A stretch of DNA of 62,815 nt, filler included, from Choristocarpus tenellus KU-1152 (GCA_964200185.2; 11 parts of 11 records of this genome joined end to end with filler, not necessarily neighbours in it); one strand, 5' to 3'; counted from the whole stretch's first letter, positions 39,535-51,842 are shown. Made by a program: numbers and translations. Notes: generated from the letters alone by a model not told the origin.

Positions 39535-39692
39535 TGTCAATATCGATGTTCTGGACACACCTTTTAATAGCATATACATTTACCCACTCCGAAACATTTT
39601 GGAGAAGGAAAATGTAATAAAACGCCCATGGAAAGCCAAGCCCCAAATGGACAAACAGGGCAAAACTCGTACCCTCTAAGATACCTTTACTC
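39535..39692 (-). mobile_element. MITE family A copy, truncated by contig start
   Basis: Ends in CCAAATGGAC...TACCCTCTAAGATACCTTTACTC; near-identical to 40896-41054. Confidence 0.85.
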
Positions 39693-40803
39693 GGGTGAGC
39701 TGTACAGCCAAGGCATAAGCAACATGTTGCATCTCTACATTAGCAATAAGGGACATCACATTACCAATACCTCTACTACGTTCAGCTCTGGCACGAGTTT
39801 CCTGTCTAGTCCTACCCAACTCAATGCAAGGTTCACGGACTGGATTAGGAAGAGAGTCTTCCCGCTGTCGAGCTGCAGTACGGGCATCTGGTGGGTCAGC
39901 AACTGCCTGAGGCAAGTGCTGTGAACTCGAGGATGACACATGTCCTATACTCCCTCCACCATCTCGGGTAGTGTCTCTGGACAGACTCATGTCAACCTGA
40001 CCTCCTTCCCCATCACCAGGGGAAGGGTCAACAGCCAGCCAGATCCTTGACAATTTCACGTACACTCCCTTCACCAGGGTGAGGATCATTAGTCAAACTG
40101 TCTCCTTTGTTACCAAAGGACGGCCTATCACCTAGAACAAACCTGTCCTCACTTCCGTCACTACAGCGAGTCACCAACATAGTGTTGAGCTTCAGCCCAT
40201 AGAGAGTCTTTTTGGGGGATAGTAACAAAGGGGGAAAGTAGTGGAGCTTGAATGCGGACAGCTAATGAAGCTTTATCAATATTACCCAGCATGCATTCAG
40301 CAACCCCATTAAATTGAGAGCTGTCTGCAGGTGTAAACTCCTGTTTTATCCCATAATCACGGCAAAGAGCGCCGAAAGCTCCCTCATAAAATTCCCGCCC
40401 GTTTTCAGACCACACGCACATGACCTGAGAAGGAGTACCATCAGCGCGGATATCGGCCAGGTACTTCTTGAAGGCTTTGGCGGCATCCGACTTAGGACGA
40501 AGGAAATACAACCAAACAAAACGAGAATAATCGTCCCGGATTATCATGGTGTATTGTTCACCACCGATTAAAGGGGTAGCCCTCTTCCCACTTAGATCGA
40601 CAAAAACCCGATCCAGCTTTCTTACCGCCCTTGTAGACGTGTTGGAGCGGACGCCCTTCCGTATGCCCTTGCTCATAGAGCAGCCCGCACATGGCTCCAG
40701 TTCACACACCAATGTAATGCCCATTGAAGTGGCGGTGGACTTCAGCGATGCCTCGTGTGTGTGGCCATAAGAGTGATGGAAGAGGTAAATATCGACTTCG
40801 GTG
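39693..40803 (-). mobile_element. Copia family 2 fragment: GAG-pre-integrase and integrase core
   Basis: H..YGH...CAGCSMSKG; 'VFVDLSG...IIRDDYSRFVW...ENGREF...QEFTPADSSQFNGVAE'. Its 3' end (39693-39845) is homologous to 24424-24560. Confidence 0.9.
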
Positions 40804-41054
40804 GAGTCAAAGTATCTTAGAGGGTACAGCTGCGTTTATTTGGGGACCAAAGTCCAATGTTACAATTTTGATGNNNNNNNNNNTGTGTTAGGAAGTGTCA
40901 ATGCCGATGTTCTGGACACACCTTTTAATAACATACACATTTTACCCACTCCGAAACATTTTGGAGAAGGAAAATGTAATAGAACGCCCATGGAAAGCCA
41001 AGCCCCAAATGGACAAACAGGGCAAAACTCGTACCCTCTCAGATGCTTTTACTC
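40804..41054 (-). mobile_element. MITE family A copy with internal N gap, joining two different Copia families
   Basis: GAGTCAAAGTATCTTAGAGGGTA...TACCCTCTCAGATGCTTTTACTC; no TSD. Confidence 0.85.
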
Positions 41055-43780
41055 CTCCGTCCTCTTTATTTCCTCGTGGAAGTTTCCAGTTAACGCGATG
41101 TCATCCACGTAGACAAAAAGGACAGCGGTCCTTCCATCTTCACTCCTTTTCACATATAGGCAGGCGTCAAAGTCGCTAACACTCCACCCCTCAGCTAAGA
41201 TTGTTCCCTTTAGCTCCTTGTACCACTCCATTGCAGATTACTTATGGCCATAGACGGCTCTGGCAGCTTTTATGATGGTTCCATTCGGCAGTTGTAGCCA
41301 TACATCTTCAGGGAGTGGTGCGTTCAGGTAGACTTGAGTGAAGTCTAGGGAGTTGATGACCCCGTTTCTCTTAGCTGCTGTAGCCAGGACTCCCCGAATC
41401 GCATCAAATCCCACGACTGGACTGAATGTGCTGAAGTAGCTCACCCCTTCTTGTTGGTAAAAACTCCATGCCACCAGCCTGACCTTAATCTTTCAATGTC
41501 TCCATAGGATGTCCGTTTTATATTAAATATAAATCTTGTTTTGACGGGTCTTCTCCCTCGTGGCAGACTCTCTCCCTCATGGAAGGCTCCGTTGCTTCGT
41601 TGGTCCTCCATTTCTTGCTCCAATACCTCTTTCCAGTGTTCTGAATCAGGCCTTGCGAGGGCTTCTGCGATGGTTGATGGCTTCTGGTGGCCTATCACCT
41701 GCCATGCCCATCAAACAGTATGCACCATCATCCGTGCTTGTTCTGAGCAGATTCACTATATCCTCTCCCAGTTCTTCCGTATCTCCAGAGTGTAAACCCC
41801 TGTAGTCCACCCTGTAGTCCACCCTGGGTTGTTCAGCTATCCTGGCTGACCTCCGTTGTCCACAGGGTGAACTTGTTGAGTTCTTGCTCGCGGCTGTTGC
41901 TTGTGGTATCGGATCGACCGCAATATCGAAATCCCGATCAGAGTCGTCTTCAGTATCAGAAATCTCTTCATCATTTTCTTCAAAGTCATGGTCTCTCCCT
42001 CCCCCACGAAGTCCATGATGTGTTCGTCTGGCTCGAACGTCACGTGGGCTGAGGTTACCAACTTGGCCTCTTGAGGAAGCCAGATGTACCAACACAGTAA
42101 TGTACGGTCGTGTCCCATGATTATACCCCGCTTGGCGTATGGGTGAAGCTTTGAACCGGCTCCCCTCTGCTGCTTGTCCTAGTGAACATAGCACTCGCTC
42201 CCCCATGCCCAAAGCCTATCATAGTTGAAGGATTTACCTGTTAGACGCTCGCATGGCGTCTCTCCTACCAGGTATTCGTGTGTCATGCCTCCAGTCTTGA
42301 AGGCGACGTCCGTGATGGCAAAGAACCAGTACTTGTCGCCCAGCCCAGCCTTTGCCAGTAGACTCCTTGCTGCCCCCATGAGTTGCTTTATCGCCCTTTC
42401 GGTGATCCCGTTGCTCTGTGGTGTTCTCAGTGGAGATTTCCTCCATCGGGTACCATTGTTCGCCAGCATCCTTTGGAACTTCACCGTTCTCCCAAGAGTG
42501 AAAGTATCTTAGAGGGTACGAGTTTTACCCTGTTTGTCCATTTGGGGCTTGGTTTCTCTGGGGTTTTATGACATTCTCCTACTCCAAAATATCTCAGAGT
42601 ATGTAAAAATGTATACGTTATGAAACGTGTCTCCGGAACAAGGATATTGACACTTCCAAAAAACCACGATGGCCAAAGTTACATCGAAATCACAGCATTG
42701 GATTTTGATCCCCAAATGGACGCGACTCTACCCTCTAAGATACTTTGGCTCCCAAGCTCGCCAGCACCATCCCCACTGATGCATTGGACTTGTATACCTC
42801 CCCTTGCATTCTGGTCGATATAGGCTGCGGTTGCGCCTGTCGCTGCATTTTTGGTTTTCAATCCATAAACCCTCTTGTCTCTGCTGCTCTCATCGACAAA
42901 CACCTGGAAATATTTGTGACCAGTGATGTCTCCTTTAAATGGTCCCACCAAATCCGTATGGACAACCTCGCCGGGCTGCAATGGGGTCCTGCCACCCCAT
43001 TGATAGCTTAAAGTCTCGGACTTGCATTCCTCGCAGGTCTTACACTGCAGTTCTGACGCCACAGTAGCGTCGGTGATCTCTAAAAGTCCACGTTTCTCGA
43101 GATGCTTTATTGCTGATGGGTTGATGTGTCCCAATATGTTCTGCCAGTCCCTCAATGTCAGCCTCTGCTTTTGGTTGGCTCATGGAGCGCTGGCTCTCGA
43201 TTCTTGTTCCATGGTGATTATTGTTCCGGTTAAATTTAAGAACCTGTCGACTTTTGTAGGTTTAGCTTGGGCGAATTCTTGGAGCCCTCAGATAACTTTC
43301 TTTTGTTCCTGAATCCATAAATTCTCCCCCATTCTGTTGTATACTTCCAGTACTCGATATGCGGCATGGTAGACCTGGTACCTATAGAACATCTTTCAGA
43401 ACCACTCTTGTTGGTTTGCCGTCCTTGTCCGTCACCATTAGAACCATATCCCTGGTTTCCTTCGCTTCCAATTTCCCATTGTTTCCGACGGTGCATGTGT
43501 GCTTGGTGCCCCGAGTGCTTATGAGATCTTCACAGTCCGGTGTAAGATGTACGTTTGCTCCAGAGTCACACAATATCTCGACTTGTCTTCCACTGGAGGA
43601 GTTGAACACCGCACTTTTGTTACCTCCTCGTCTGCTGTCACCTTGAAAGTGGAGACGGAGCGCGCTTGGTTTCCGTCAACTTTGTTGCTGCTCCCACCAG
43701 TTGGAGGTGGTAAATATATTCCGGGTGCCATCCCAGGCGGACGGGTTGCAGGTGGCTCTGTTAAAGACATTGGTGTTCCC
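41055..43780 (-). mobile_element. Degenerate Copia family 1 element (gag end-PR-IN-RT), paralog of 15950-18840
   Basis: 'VEILCDSGANVHL', 'LGHINP...CKTC', 'VHTDLVGP...VFVDE', 'PQSNGITER', 'KTRFIFNIK', 'LDFTQVYLNA', 'FVYVDD'. Confidence 0.93.
42496..42751 (+). mobile_element. MITE family A copy inserted in a Copia integrase
   Basis: Flanked by CCAA/CCAA. Removing the element plus one CCAA restores GDGAGELGRTVKFQ (paralog at about 17455 reads GDGAGELGKSIQFQ). Confidence 0.92.
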
Positions 43781-43784
43781 AAGA

Positions 43785-43981
43785 CTTGTGTATGTATATA
43801 ACTCGATAAATTCCTCATTATATAGAACAGGTTGTACATGAAATATGGAAGGTGCAAGAAAGGAGAGTGAGCTTCAAAGCTCAAAGGGGTCATCACCTTA
43901 CGATTCTCATGTTCTAATAACACGTCCCTCAATCCATGATTACTTGCTATGTTACTTGCTACAACATTCCTTTTCTAGGAT
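43785..43981 (-). mobile_element. Probable 3' end of another Copia (pol end, PPT, LTR start) nested in the gag of the family 1 element
   Basis: Minus strand GGATTGAGGGACG|TGTTATTAGAAC is a purine tract followed by a TG-start LTR; gag homology resumes at about 43775. Confidence 0.5.
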
Positions 43982-44349
43982 NNNNNNNNNNNNNNNNNNN
44001 NNNNNNNNNNNNNNNNNNNNNNNNNTTAATTAATTAANNNNNNNNNNNNNNNNNNNNNNNNNNNNNNNNNNNNNNNNNNNNAAAAATAAAGACCAGGGGG
44101 GGGGAAAAAGCTGGGGGGGCGAACAGAGGAGAAGAAAAAAAAAAAAAAAGACGACTCAAAGATAAAACAAAACTTTTTTTTTTTCAGGAGAGGAGAGTTG
44201 AGTGAAAATGACAAGGGTCGAACACGGGCCAAGCCACACCCCCATTCACCCGCCCTAACCCTTACCCTAACCCTTACCCTCAACAACACCACCACCACAA
44301 AGAAAGAAAGAAAGAAAGAAAGAAAAGCTTAAAATGCTCATTGATACAC

Positions 44350-46569
44350 CTTGTGCTTCAGCTCCCCCACACAATATTCAAGGTACTTGATGGCCAGATC
44401 TTCATCCAATCTCTCCCTCCTGAGCCCCGACCTCGCCCCCCCCCCTGCCACCAGACTTGGTTCGTCCTTTCCACCAGACCCGACAGACCACAGCATGGAC
44501 ACACGCCTCCGTTGACTGTAACAGACTAGCGCAGGAATGAGCTTGGTTGGCTTCAGCTGAGGCTTGGACCTCCTGCACAATCACACAACAAAGGTCAAAG
44601 GGGCATGAGAGGATGAGGGGGGAAGCGGGGGAGCGGATTGGGCATGGGGTTCATATGTAACACATTTTTGTTTCACTAGGGGATTCAGAACAAGGTGCGG
44701 GTAAAGGTTTTCCGCCACCAGTATAAGGCGAGAGACAAAAATGAAATTTCAACAATGTGTAAGTATACACACACACACACACACATACACACACATTTCT
44801 ATATATTTTTCCAGTATTTATGTGTACAGAGATCATCACACGGGTGGATGCCGAGCGAAAGACTTTGGAGGTAGAACTTCAGGTTTAACTTCAGGTTTTC
44901 AATCCTCAGGAAATGAATGTACCTGGCAGAGCTGCAACAGGGCCTGGAAGACAAAGAGATCCACAACCGGTCTTGTCCGATGATGATTTGATTTCAACTC
45001 ACTTTCAAGGGCACCACCGAGCGATGATGGTAAGCACTCAACTTCTCAACTTACACTTAGGCATGGAGAGAGAAGGTCCCACCAACAACGACTAGCCTAC
45101 TGTTTCAACACACTAAAGCTCAAGGGGAGAAAAATAACACCGCTGACATTCACATATTGCATCATCACTTGGCTGGGTCGGGTTGGAGCCTCGACATACC
45201 ACAAGCTTGTTTCATGGGGTTGACTCTCCTCAGCAATATGTTCTCAACCCCCTGACACCACCCCATTATACATGGTGCAATGTGTTCATGGAAGAACCTT
45301 GAAAGAAGCTGGGGTCATTGCAAGGAAGGTGGGAAAGAGAGGGAGAGAGTGCCGGTGGAAGAGAGGTGCTCAAGTGAACAGGGGAACCCTTCCCTGTGGT
45401 GGGGAACCTTTGTCAAACTATTATTTTTTTTTGTTAAACCTTTTTGAACAAAGGTTGGGGTATTTTTTCACAAACAGGTCAGGGTTAGGGATAGGGTCAG
45501 GATCAGGGTCAGGGCTAGGGCTAGGGTTTGATTTTCGAAAAAGTGTCTAAGAAGTGAAAGGTGGTAGTTATGCACTGTATTCTTAGGGTTAGGGTTAGGG
45601 TCAGGGTTGGGGATAAGGCTAGGTTTTTTTAATGTTTGCAAAAAAGGTGATTTTTTTTTTCAGAGGTGGTCCCCGAAGACAAGAGTATTTTCCCCTGTGC
45701 ACTGCAATGGGGGAGGGGGAGGGGGAGGGGGAGCGCACCACGTCTCTGTAGTGCCCCTAGGGTCAGCAGCCATTAGTGTAGCACTGTACTTGTACACCAG
45801 TGGCTCCACCTTGTCGAAAGGGGCCTGGTGTTGACAGAGAAAGGGAGGACACCCAACAAAACACCAAAAACAGTGATAAGACAGACAAAATAAGGTACAG
45901 TCAGCAATATGGGCAGGGTGTGTTTATGAGTGTGTGTGCAGAGTCAGGATGCTAAAAAAAATCTTGCTTTGTACATTGTAATGCCCATAGTATATACAGA
46001 CATTGAGGTCACAAAACCCTCTTCTGCTCATAGCCATTTCCCCCTACAAACACCAGGATGTCGACTAAACATCAACCCTGAGGAAATAGGAGCGATTACG
46101 GCACAAACGACTCTTACTTCCTCATTGTGACACACACTAAAAACCTGTTATGTTGGCATAAAATGCAGTTTTCGTAACAGCTTCCTAATTCTACAATCTT
46201 GGCGCAAGTCACCCCCCCCTCCCCCACCACAACCCCCCATCCCCCCCAAAAATCCTATGTGCCTTCTGTCCTCCCTTGCACAAACATACTCATCCATTAC
46301 CCACTACCCTACACCAACAAAGCCAAGCAAACACACCTTCCGGAGTACCTCCAGCGCTGCAGTATAGTCATGCCCTGCATGCACGTGGTGCGCTAAAACC
46401 CTGTCATAGTCCTCCACCAGCTCTGCATACAGCAAAGACTCTGCCGTCCGCCCATGCGCTGCAAGGAGGGCCAGCGTAGTAGCAGGGTCGAGGGAGGACG
46501 TCGCCTGCGTACGTAGGAAACCCTGAAGTTCTGTTGAGAGCGCCATCTCTTCCTCCTCCCGCTGCTGGG
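44350..46569 (-). CDS. VPS18: Vacuolar protein sorting 18 (Pep3/Deep orange) homolog, three internal exons
   Basis: Exons 46569..46337, 45824..45739 and 44572..44350 are phase-compatible: 'LDPATTLALLAAHGR...LYAELVEDYDRVLAHH...AALEVL', 'LVYKYSATLM..DP..T.ETW', 'LKPTKLIPAL', 'AIKYLEYCV'. Confidence 0.85.
45373..45703. mobile_element. Putative TIR element containing telomere-like (TTAGGG/TCAGGG/CTAGGG) arrays, in a VPS18 intron
   Basis: AGTGAACAGGGGAA ... TTCCCCTGTGCACT (13/14 inverted match) encloses two degenerate telomeric tracts at 45479-45527 and 45582-45624. Confidence 0.45.
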
Positions 46570-46745
46570 CTGCACAAAAAGGAGGTGGTGGAACGGATGG
46601 CCAGAGAAATGTGCAGAGGGGAAATGAATTGTGCCAGGGGGGGGGNNNNNNNNNNNNNNNNNNNNNNNNNNNNNNNNNNNNNNNNNNNNTTAATTAATTA
46701 ANNNNNNNNNNNNNNNNNNNNNNNNNNNNNNNNNNNNNNNNNNNN

Positions 46746-46801
46746 ATGAAAAAATTGACCCCAAATGGACAGCCGCCACCCCCTCCCAGATACTTTGAGC
46801 C
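46746..46801 (+). mobile_element. MITE family B right end at contig start (a similar end lies at window positions 1-20)
   Basis: CCCCAAATGGACAGCCGCCACCCCCTCCCAGATACTTTGAGCC. Confidence 0.8.
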
Positions 46802-47189
46802 TCACAGAAAATACACATCGAAATACAATGACTTGGGTTGGTTGTATCTGAATGTGGAAACTACCCCTTTACGTTTTTGTTTGGTTGCTGAAAAATACAC
46901 AGTTTTGATGGTACAAAAAGTTGACACCATAGATCTAACCTAAGCAAATATTGTTGAAAGTGGGCAACAATAACAATGGTCTGGTATATATATTCAAAAA
47001 ATTGTAGGTGCTTGCCATTGTGTCCCATTCCCCCAATCATAACGTACGCTGGTTATGATGCATTATTTCTTGTGATTTTACAAAATTTTACCCGTTTTTG
47101 CACCCAATCCCTCCACACAAAACAACCCCAGGTAAACTAACCCTAACCCAGGGTATCTCGTTTTTCTTATGACATGCATGAACCTCCAG

Positions 47190-50100
47190 GTGAAAGTGGT
47201 GGTGCAATTCTACAAGCAGGGGTTGTTGAAACGTTAGAGCAGTGTGTGTTTGAGAATAACATAGCCTCTGTAGGCCCTGCTATCTCTGATGCCGCATCAT
47301 TGAATAAGGTTGCACTGAGCACATTCACTGGAAACTCTCTCTACTGTGGCGAAGGGATGTACATCAAATTTGTTGACAGTTCGAATAGTGTGGATATTCC
47401 ATCACAGGCAAGCAGTATTACGTTAAATGCTGTTTAGCACTTAGCATTTAACAGGTATATTGTTAGTATCCCAACCCTAACCCCAATACATGTCTTCGAA
47501 AAGAGTACCTCAAGACTTTTCAAAGGGTGTATTATTCGCCCACAATGTCGCTTGTTTGTATACTCTTTGATGGGACCCAGTCCAGTAATACCTTTCACTC
47601 GTTGTACAAACCAATTTTCGACAACATGACTGGATATTGAATAATCAACACTGTGCGTGTCTTGTGCACCTTGTGCTCACAGGGACAAAACATTGTGGAG
47701 GGATTCAAATCAATTTACATTATTATTCTCCCTGACCCTTACCCCAAGCAAAATGGCTACTAATTGCAGCACACTCCTATTTTGTCCATTCAAATAAATA
47801 TGCATTAGTCTTTTTCCTAACCCTAACCTGATGCAAAAAAACTTTGCATGGAGTAAAATGAGTCTAGACTTACGTAGAACTCATTCGATATCAGTTCTTA
47901 TTTGATTGGAGAGGTAGATAAAGTAAGCAAGTTCAGGGAGGGGGGGGTTCTCTTCCGCCAAACCTATGCCATTTTGTGGATGACTAATCACAGATTACTT
48001 ACCTCAACATTTCCTACTTATGAATACTTGCATATACTAGTTCTTTAACCCACACTAATCTCCTATCTGTCAGAATATATATACATGGTCTCTTCCGTCA
48101 ACTGTTTCTTTCTTACCAAATAAAATTTCCCACTACTCTTGACAAAGTACATGGAATTGAGAGTTGCTGTTACGAGAGACGTATACCTCCACTAGTCTAC
48201 CTTCAATCGGGGAATCAGGGTTGAAGTATTAATTGATCGTCCTCCTATTTCAAGAGAAACAGTGAAATCAATAAATATCAATATTGAATCCAACATTTCA
48301 TCAATAATGACACCGTATCAGGCACACAAGCTGAGACAACCGCTACATTTGCACAGATCATAACCGTATACTTTTCCACAATCAATGCAAGATACAACAT
48401 ATCCCACATGTTTTGGACATCTACAAGTAGGAAAATGTTGTCAAACCAACTTGGCATAACCTTGACAAAATTCTGATCTTTTTACACAGTCTTAATTTGC
48501 TTGTACACATACGTCCTTGCGTACACATACTTCCTTGCGTATGCCAGATCACTGTGTTTTGACAGAACTGAGTTCTGTACGTCACAGTCCAAGAACCATG
48601 CAAATTTCACGCGCATGTCAGTCCTTCACTTTCCCTACAATCCTAATATTATCTACTCCTCTATGTCCTATGGTACTAACAGGACAAGCTTTATGGAATC
48701 GTATGCCATGAGTGCCCTGTATGTAACGACTGCCTGCCGAGAAATGGTGCACAATGGCCAGAATGCACTCCTGTACCAGAGCATTCAAGAAGCAATGTGA
48801 ACAATGATACAATCGAGACAATTGTCCTGGAAAAGGGATACTGGAGGGCAACAAACTCGACCAGCTTGATACACGAGTGTTTTACTGGTGGTGCATGTAA
48901 CAATGATGCTGAGGCCGACATCTGCACTGGGGGCTATAGAGGGGCATGTGAGTGAAGCTTCGATGTGTGCCAACCATTTCTGAACAATACATAGAGGCGA
49001 AGTATCTTAGAGGGTAGAGCCGTGTCCATTTGGTGGCCAAAATCTAATTTTGAAATATTGATCTAATTTTGGCTATCATGTTCGTTAGGAGATGTCAATA
49101 TCCTATTTCCGGACACAGCTTTTCATAACATACACATTTTACAAACTCTGAAACATTTTGGAGTAGGTAAAATGTCATTAAAAACCTGTGAGAAGCCAAG
49201 CCCCAAATGGACAAACAGAGAAAATCTCGTGCCCTCTAAGATACTGTAACTCATTACATTTGCAAGTACTTTTTCTTCGTAAGTTTGGATGAGAGATAAA
49301 ATTGAATTGTAGAATAATGTAGCCTCATGCCTCATTACTAACAGCATCCACTATATGTTCAGCCCTCTTCCCTAACGGATGCCATGTGCAACAAATGTAC
49401 AACCTCAGGACATTTTGTTTTAACACTCATCCTGCTCTAGATGCACCCCTTCTTGTAAAATCTAGATTGTCACATGTACATGGGTATAGCATATTGTTCT
49501 CAAAACGTACAGCCCTCCCAAAGATAAACCCATATTTCTCTTAGGTCTGATGGCTACAAATACTGCCCGCGGAAGCATCCTACCTAATATTTTCTGTCTC
49601 TGTTCTCCGATGCAACGCAGAACTCATGAGCCACTGAGATATCCCGATGCTGTATGTGCTCACCACCAATTTCCACTTCCTCTGTATTTCCAGACTGTGC
49701 TGTTTGTGATGATGGATTTGCTCCTGGTCTGTCATACTCCTGTAGTGAGTGCGATGACAGTAGGAAATCATTGGCACTTGGGATTGGAATTTTTTCCTTG
49801 GCTCTTATTGTTTTAGTTGTAAGTGGTGGCATCAGATTTCTCATCACTGCATCCTCCTTGAGGTTAAAAAATCTGCATGGTGGCTTATCTCATCGGATAA
49901 AACGGATGATATCTTTTCAAGGTCTCAAAATATTGGTGGTCACATGGCAAATTGTTACTCAGGCAAGTTACATATTTGTAGTGGTTAATTCTTCCTGTAC
50001 ATTAATGTACGTACAATGATTGTGGAATATGACATGTTCTTCTGGGCACTTCATTTGTTGTAGCGAACCTCACAATGTATTTTTTTGCCCTTCCCACCTT

Positions 50101-51842
50101 TATGTGTAAAACGTTTTTTTGCCCCTTTCTGAGATTAGCTATTTCATTGTGGCAATGTGATATTCCACGTGCTTGACTGACCTAATTTTCCTTGAACAGT
50201 ACTGGACGCACAGAACCACAATGAGTTTCATATGACTCTGCCGATGTACTTTCTCATTCCTTGCTGTGAGGTAATTTCAACGATTTAACCTTGATGGGAT
50301 ATTTCTTTACGTGAACTGAGTATCATCGCAATTAAACTGCATCAATACCATACCACAACTACTATGAGTTCAAAACAGGATTTTGCGTCAAAATACATGG
50401 ACTGATGATGACCGTTGATAGATCATTTTGAAATAAAAGAATAATGTTATCATGGCTTACTATACATTGTAGCCATACCCTTTTACATTTTGTAAGGTAT
50501 CACAAATGTGAATCATGGAAGTATATGATATTATCTTATCTCAGAGTCCACAAGTTGCACATCTATTACAGGTAGGAGTTCATCAGTACCAGGTCGTGCT
50601 TTCCTAACCCTATGGTGTGATCTAAGGTATCCCCCCAAATTTTGTCCAACTTGTGGGATCCATCTCATAGACGAGGTAGGTAGTGAAACGCAATATTCTT
50701 GCTCATCTGTGTTCTTACACTTTGGGTGTCACATTGCATTTGCAGTAACTCCCAACCATTACCCTCGTCTTCTCTACTGCTGCTTTTTTGTACCTCAGTT
50801 TTCTGAGGTTGCCAACGCTTCGTACCCAGATCAATATCAGAAATTTCTCAACATCATTGACTTCATCAACTTCGATGTTCTGTGGTGGATGCAAATATTC
50901 TCTGCTGGGTGTGTTGTTACCATGGACTTTTACGATAGCCTGCTGTTATCAACGCTTGGACCACTGCTGATTCTCCTTATCCTGGGGATAACCTACAAGA
51001 TTGCAATGATTAGAAACAGAAGCGGATTAGAAGCAACCGTGGTAAAAATAAGGCGGAGACACATCGCAGTTGGATACATAGTAACCTTCCTTGTGTTCTC
51101 ATTTTCTTCATCCAAGATTTTCCAAACATTTGCCTGCGAGACACTTGAAGATGACAAGACATACTTACGAGCTGACTACAGCCTGGAGTGTACATCTGAT
51201 AGGCATCAAGCCTTCCAGGTATACGCCACAGTTATGATCTTCGTCTACCCTTTGGGTATTCCAATGTTGTACGGCTATATCTTCTTCGCCAACCGAAAAG
51301 ACTTGATGAGCAAGAAATCAAGAGAGGGAAATCCTCATCTGCAGCCCTTTGTGGACTTATGGAAGCAGTACAAGCCAAACAGATTCTACTTTGAGTTGGT
51401 GGATCTTTGTCGCAGAGTAGTACTTACTGGGATTGTTGTATTTATCTATCCTGGTACTGCTGCACAAATAGCTATAACCTTCATGCTTGCACTCTGGTTC
51501 CTCTGGCTCACTGAAATACTCAACCCCTATAGGAAACATCAAGATACGTGGCTGTCAAGGGCCGGAAACTTTGTGATTTTGACAAGTATGTTTGTCGCTC
51601 TCATTCTCAAAGTGGATGTAGCAGATGAAAATGATAGTAGTCAGGAGATGTTCTCCTATATCATAATTTTTGCTAACATTTGCATGCTTGCCACAGTGGT
51701 GCTGAATTCACTAGTGATCATTTTCTCTTCTTTTGGATGTTTAACTGTGCCAGAAGAGTCCACAGAACCGCGTAGAAATCAGGACGATGCATCTGATGCT
51801 GATGCTGATGGTGTTGGCAGTCAGCATCTTGAGTCTCCATAG
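47190..51842 (+). CDS. Brown-algal 'polymorphic outer membrane protein'/adhesin-like multipass membrane protein (3' part)
   Basis: Exons 47190..47407, 48683..48947, 49694..49962 and 50799..51842 are all phase-compatible. GGAI/FENN Pmp-type repeat, Cys-rich 'LEKGYWRA...EC...AC...CTGGYRGAYCAVCDDGF', then 'KILVVTWQIVTQF', 'FQTFAC..L....YLRADYSLEC', 'YPLGIP', 'YKPNRFYFELVD' and multiple TM segments. Two of three introns have GC donors. Confidence 0.88.
48994..49252 (-). mobile_element. MITE family A copy (intronic)
   Basis: GAGGCGAAGTATCTTAGAGGGTA...GCCCTCTAAGATACTGTAACTC. Confidence 0.85.
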
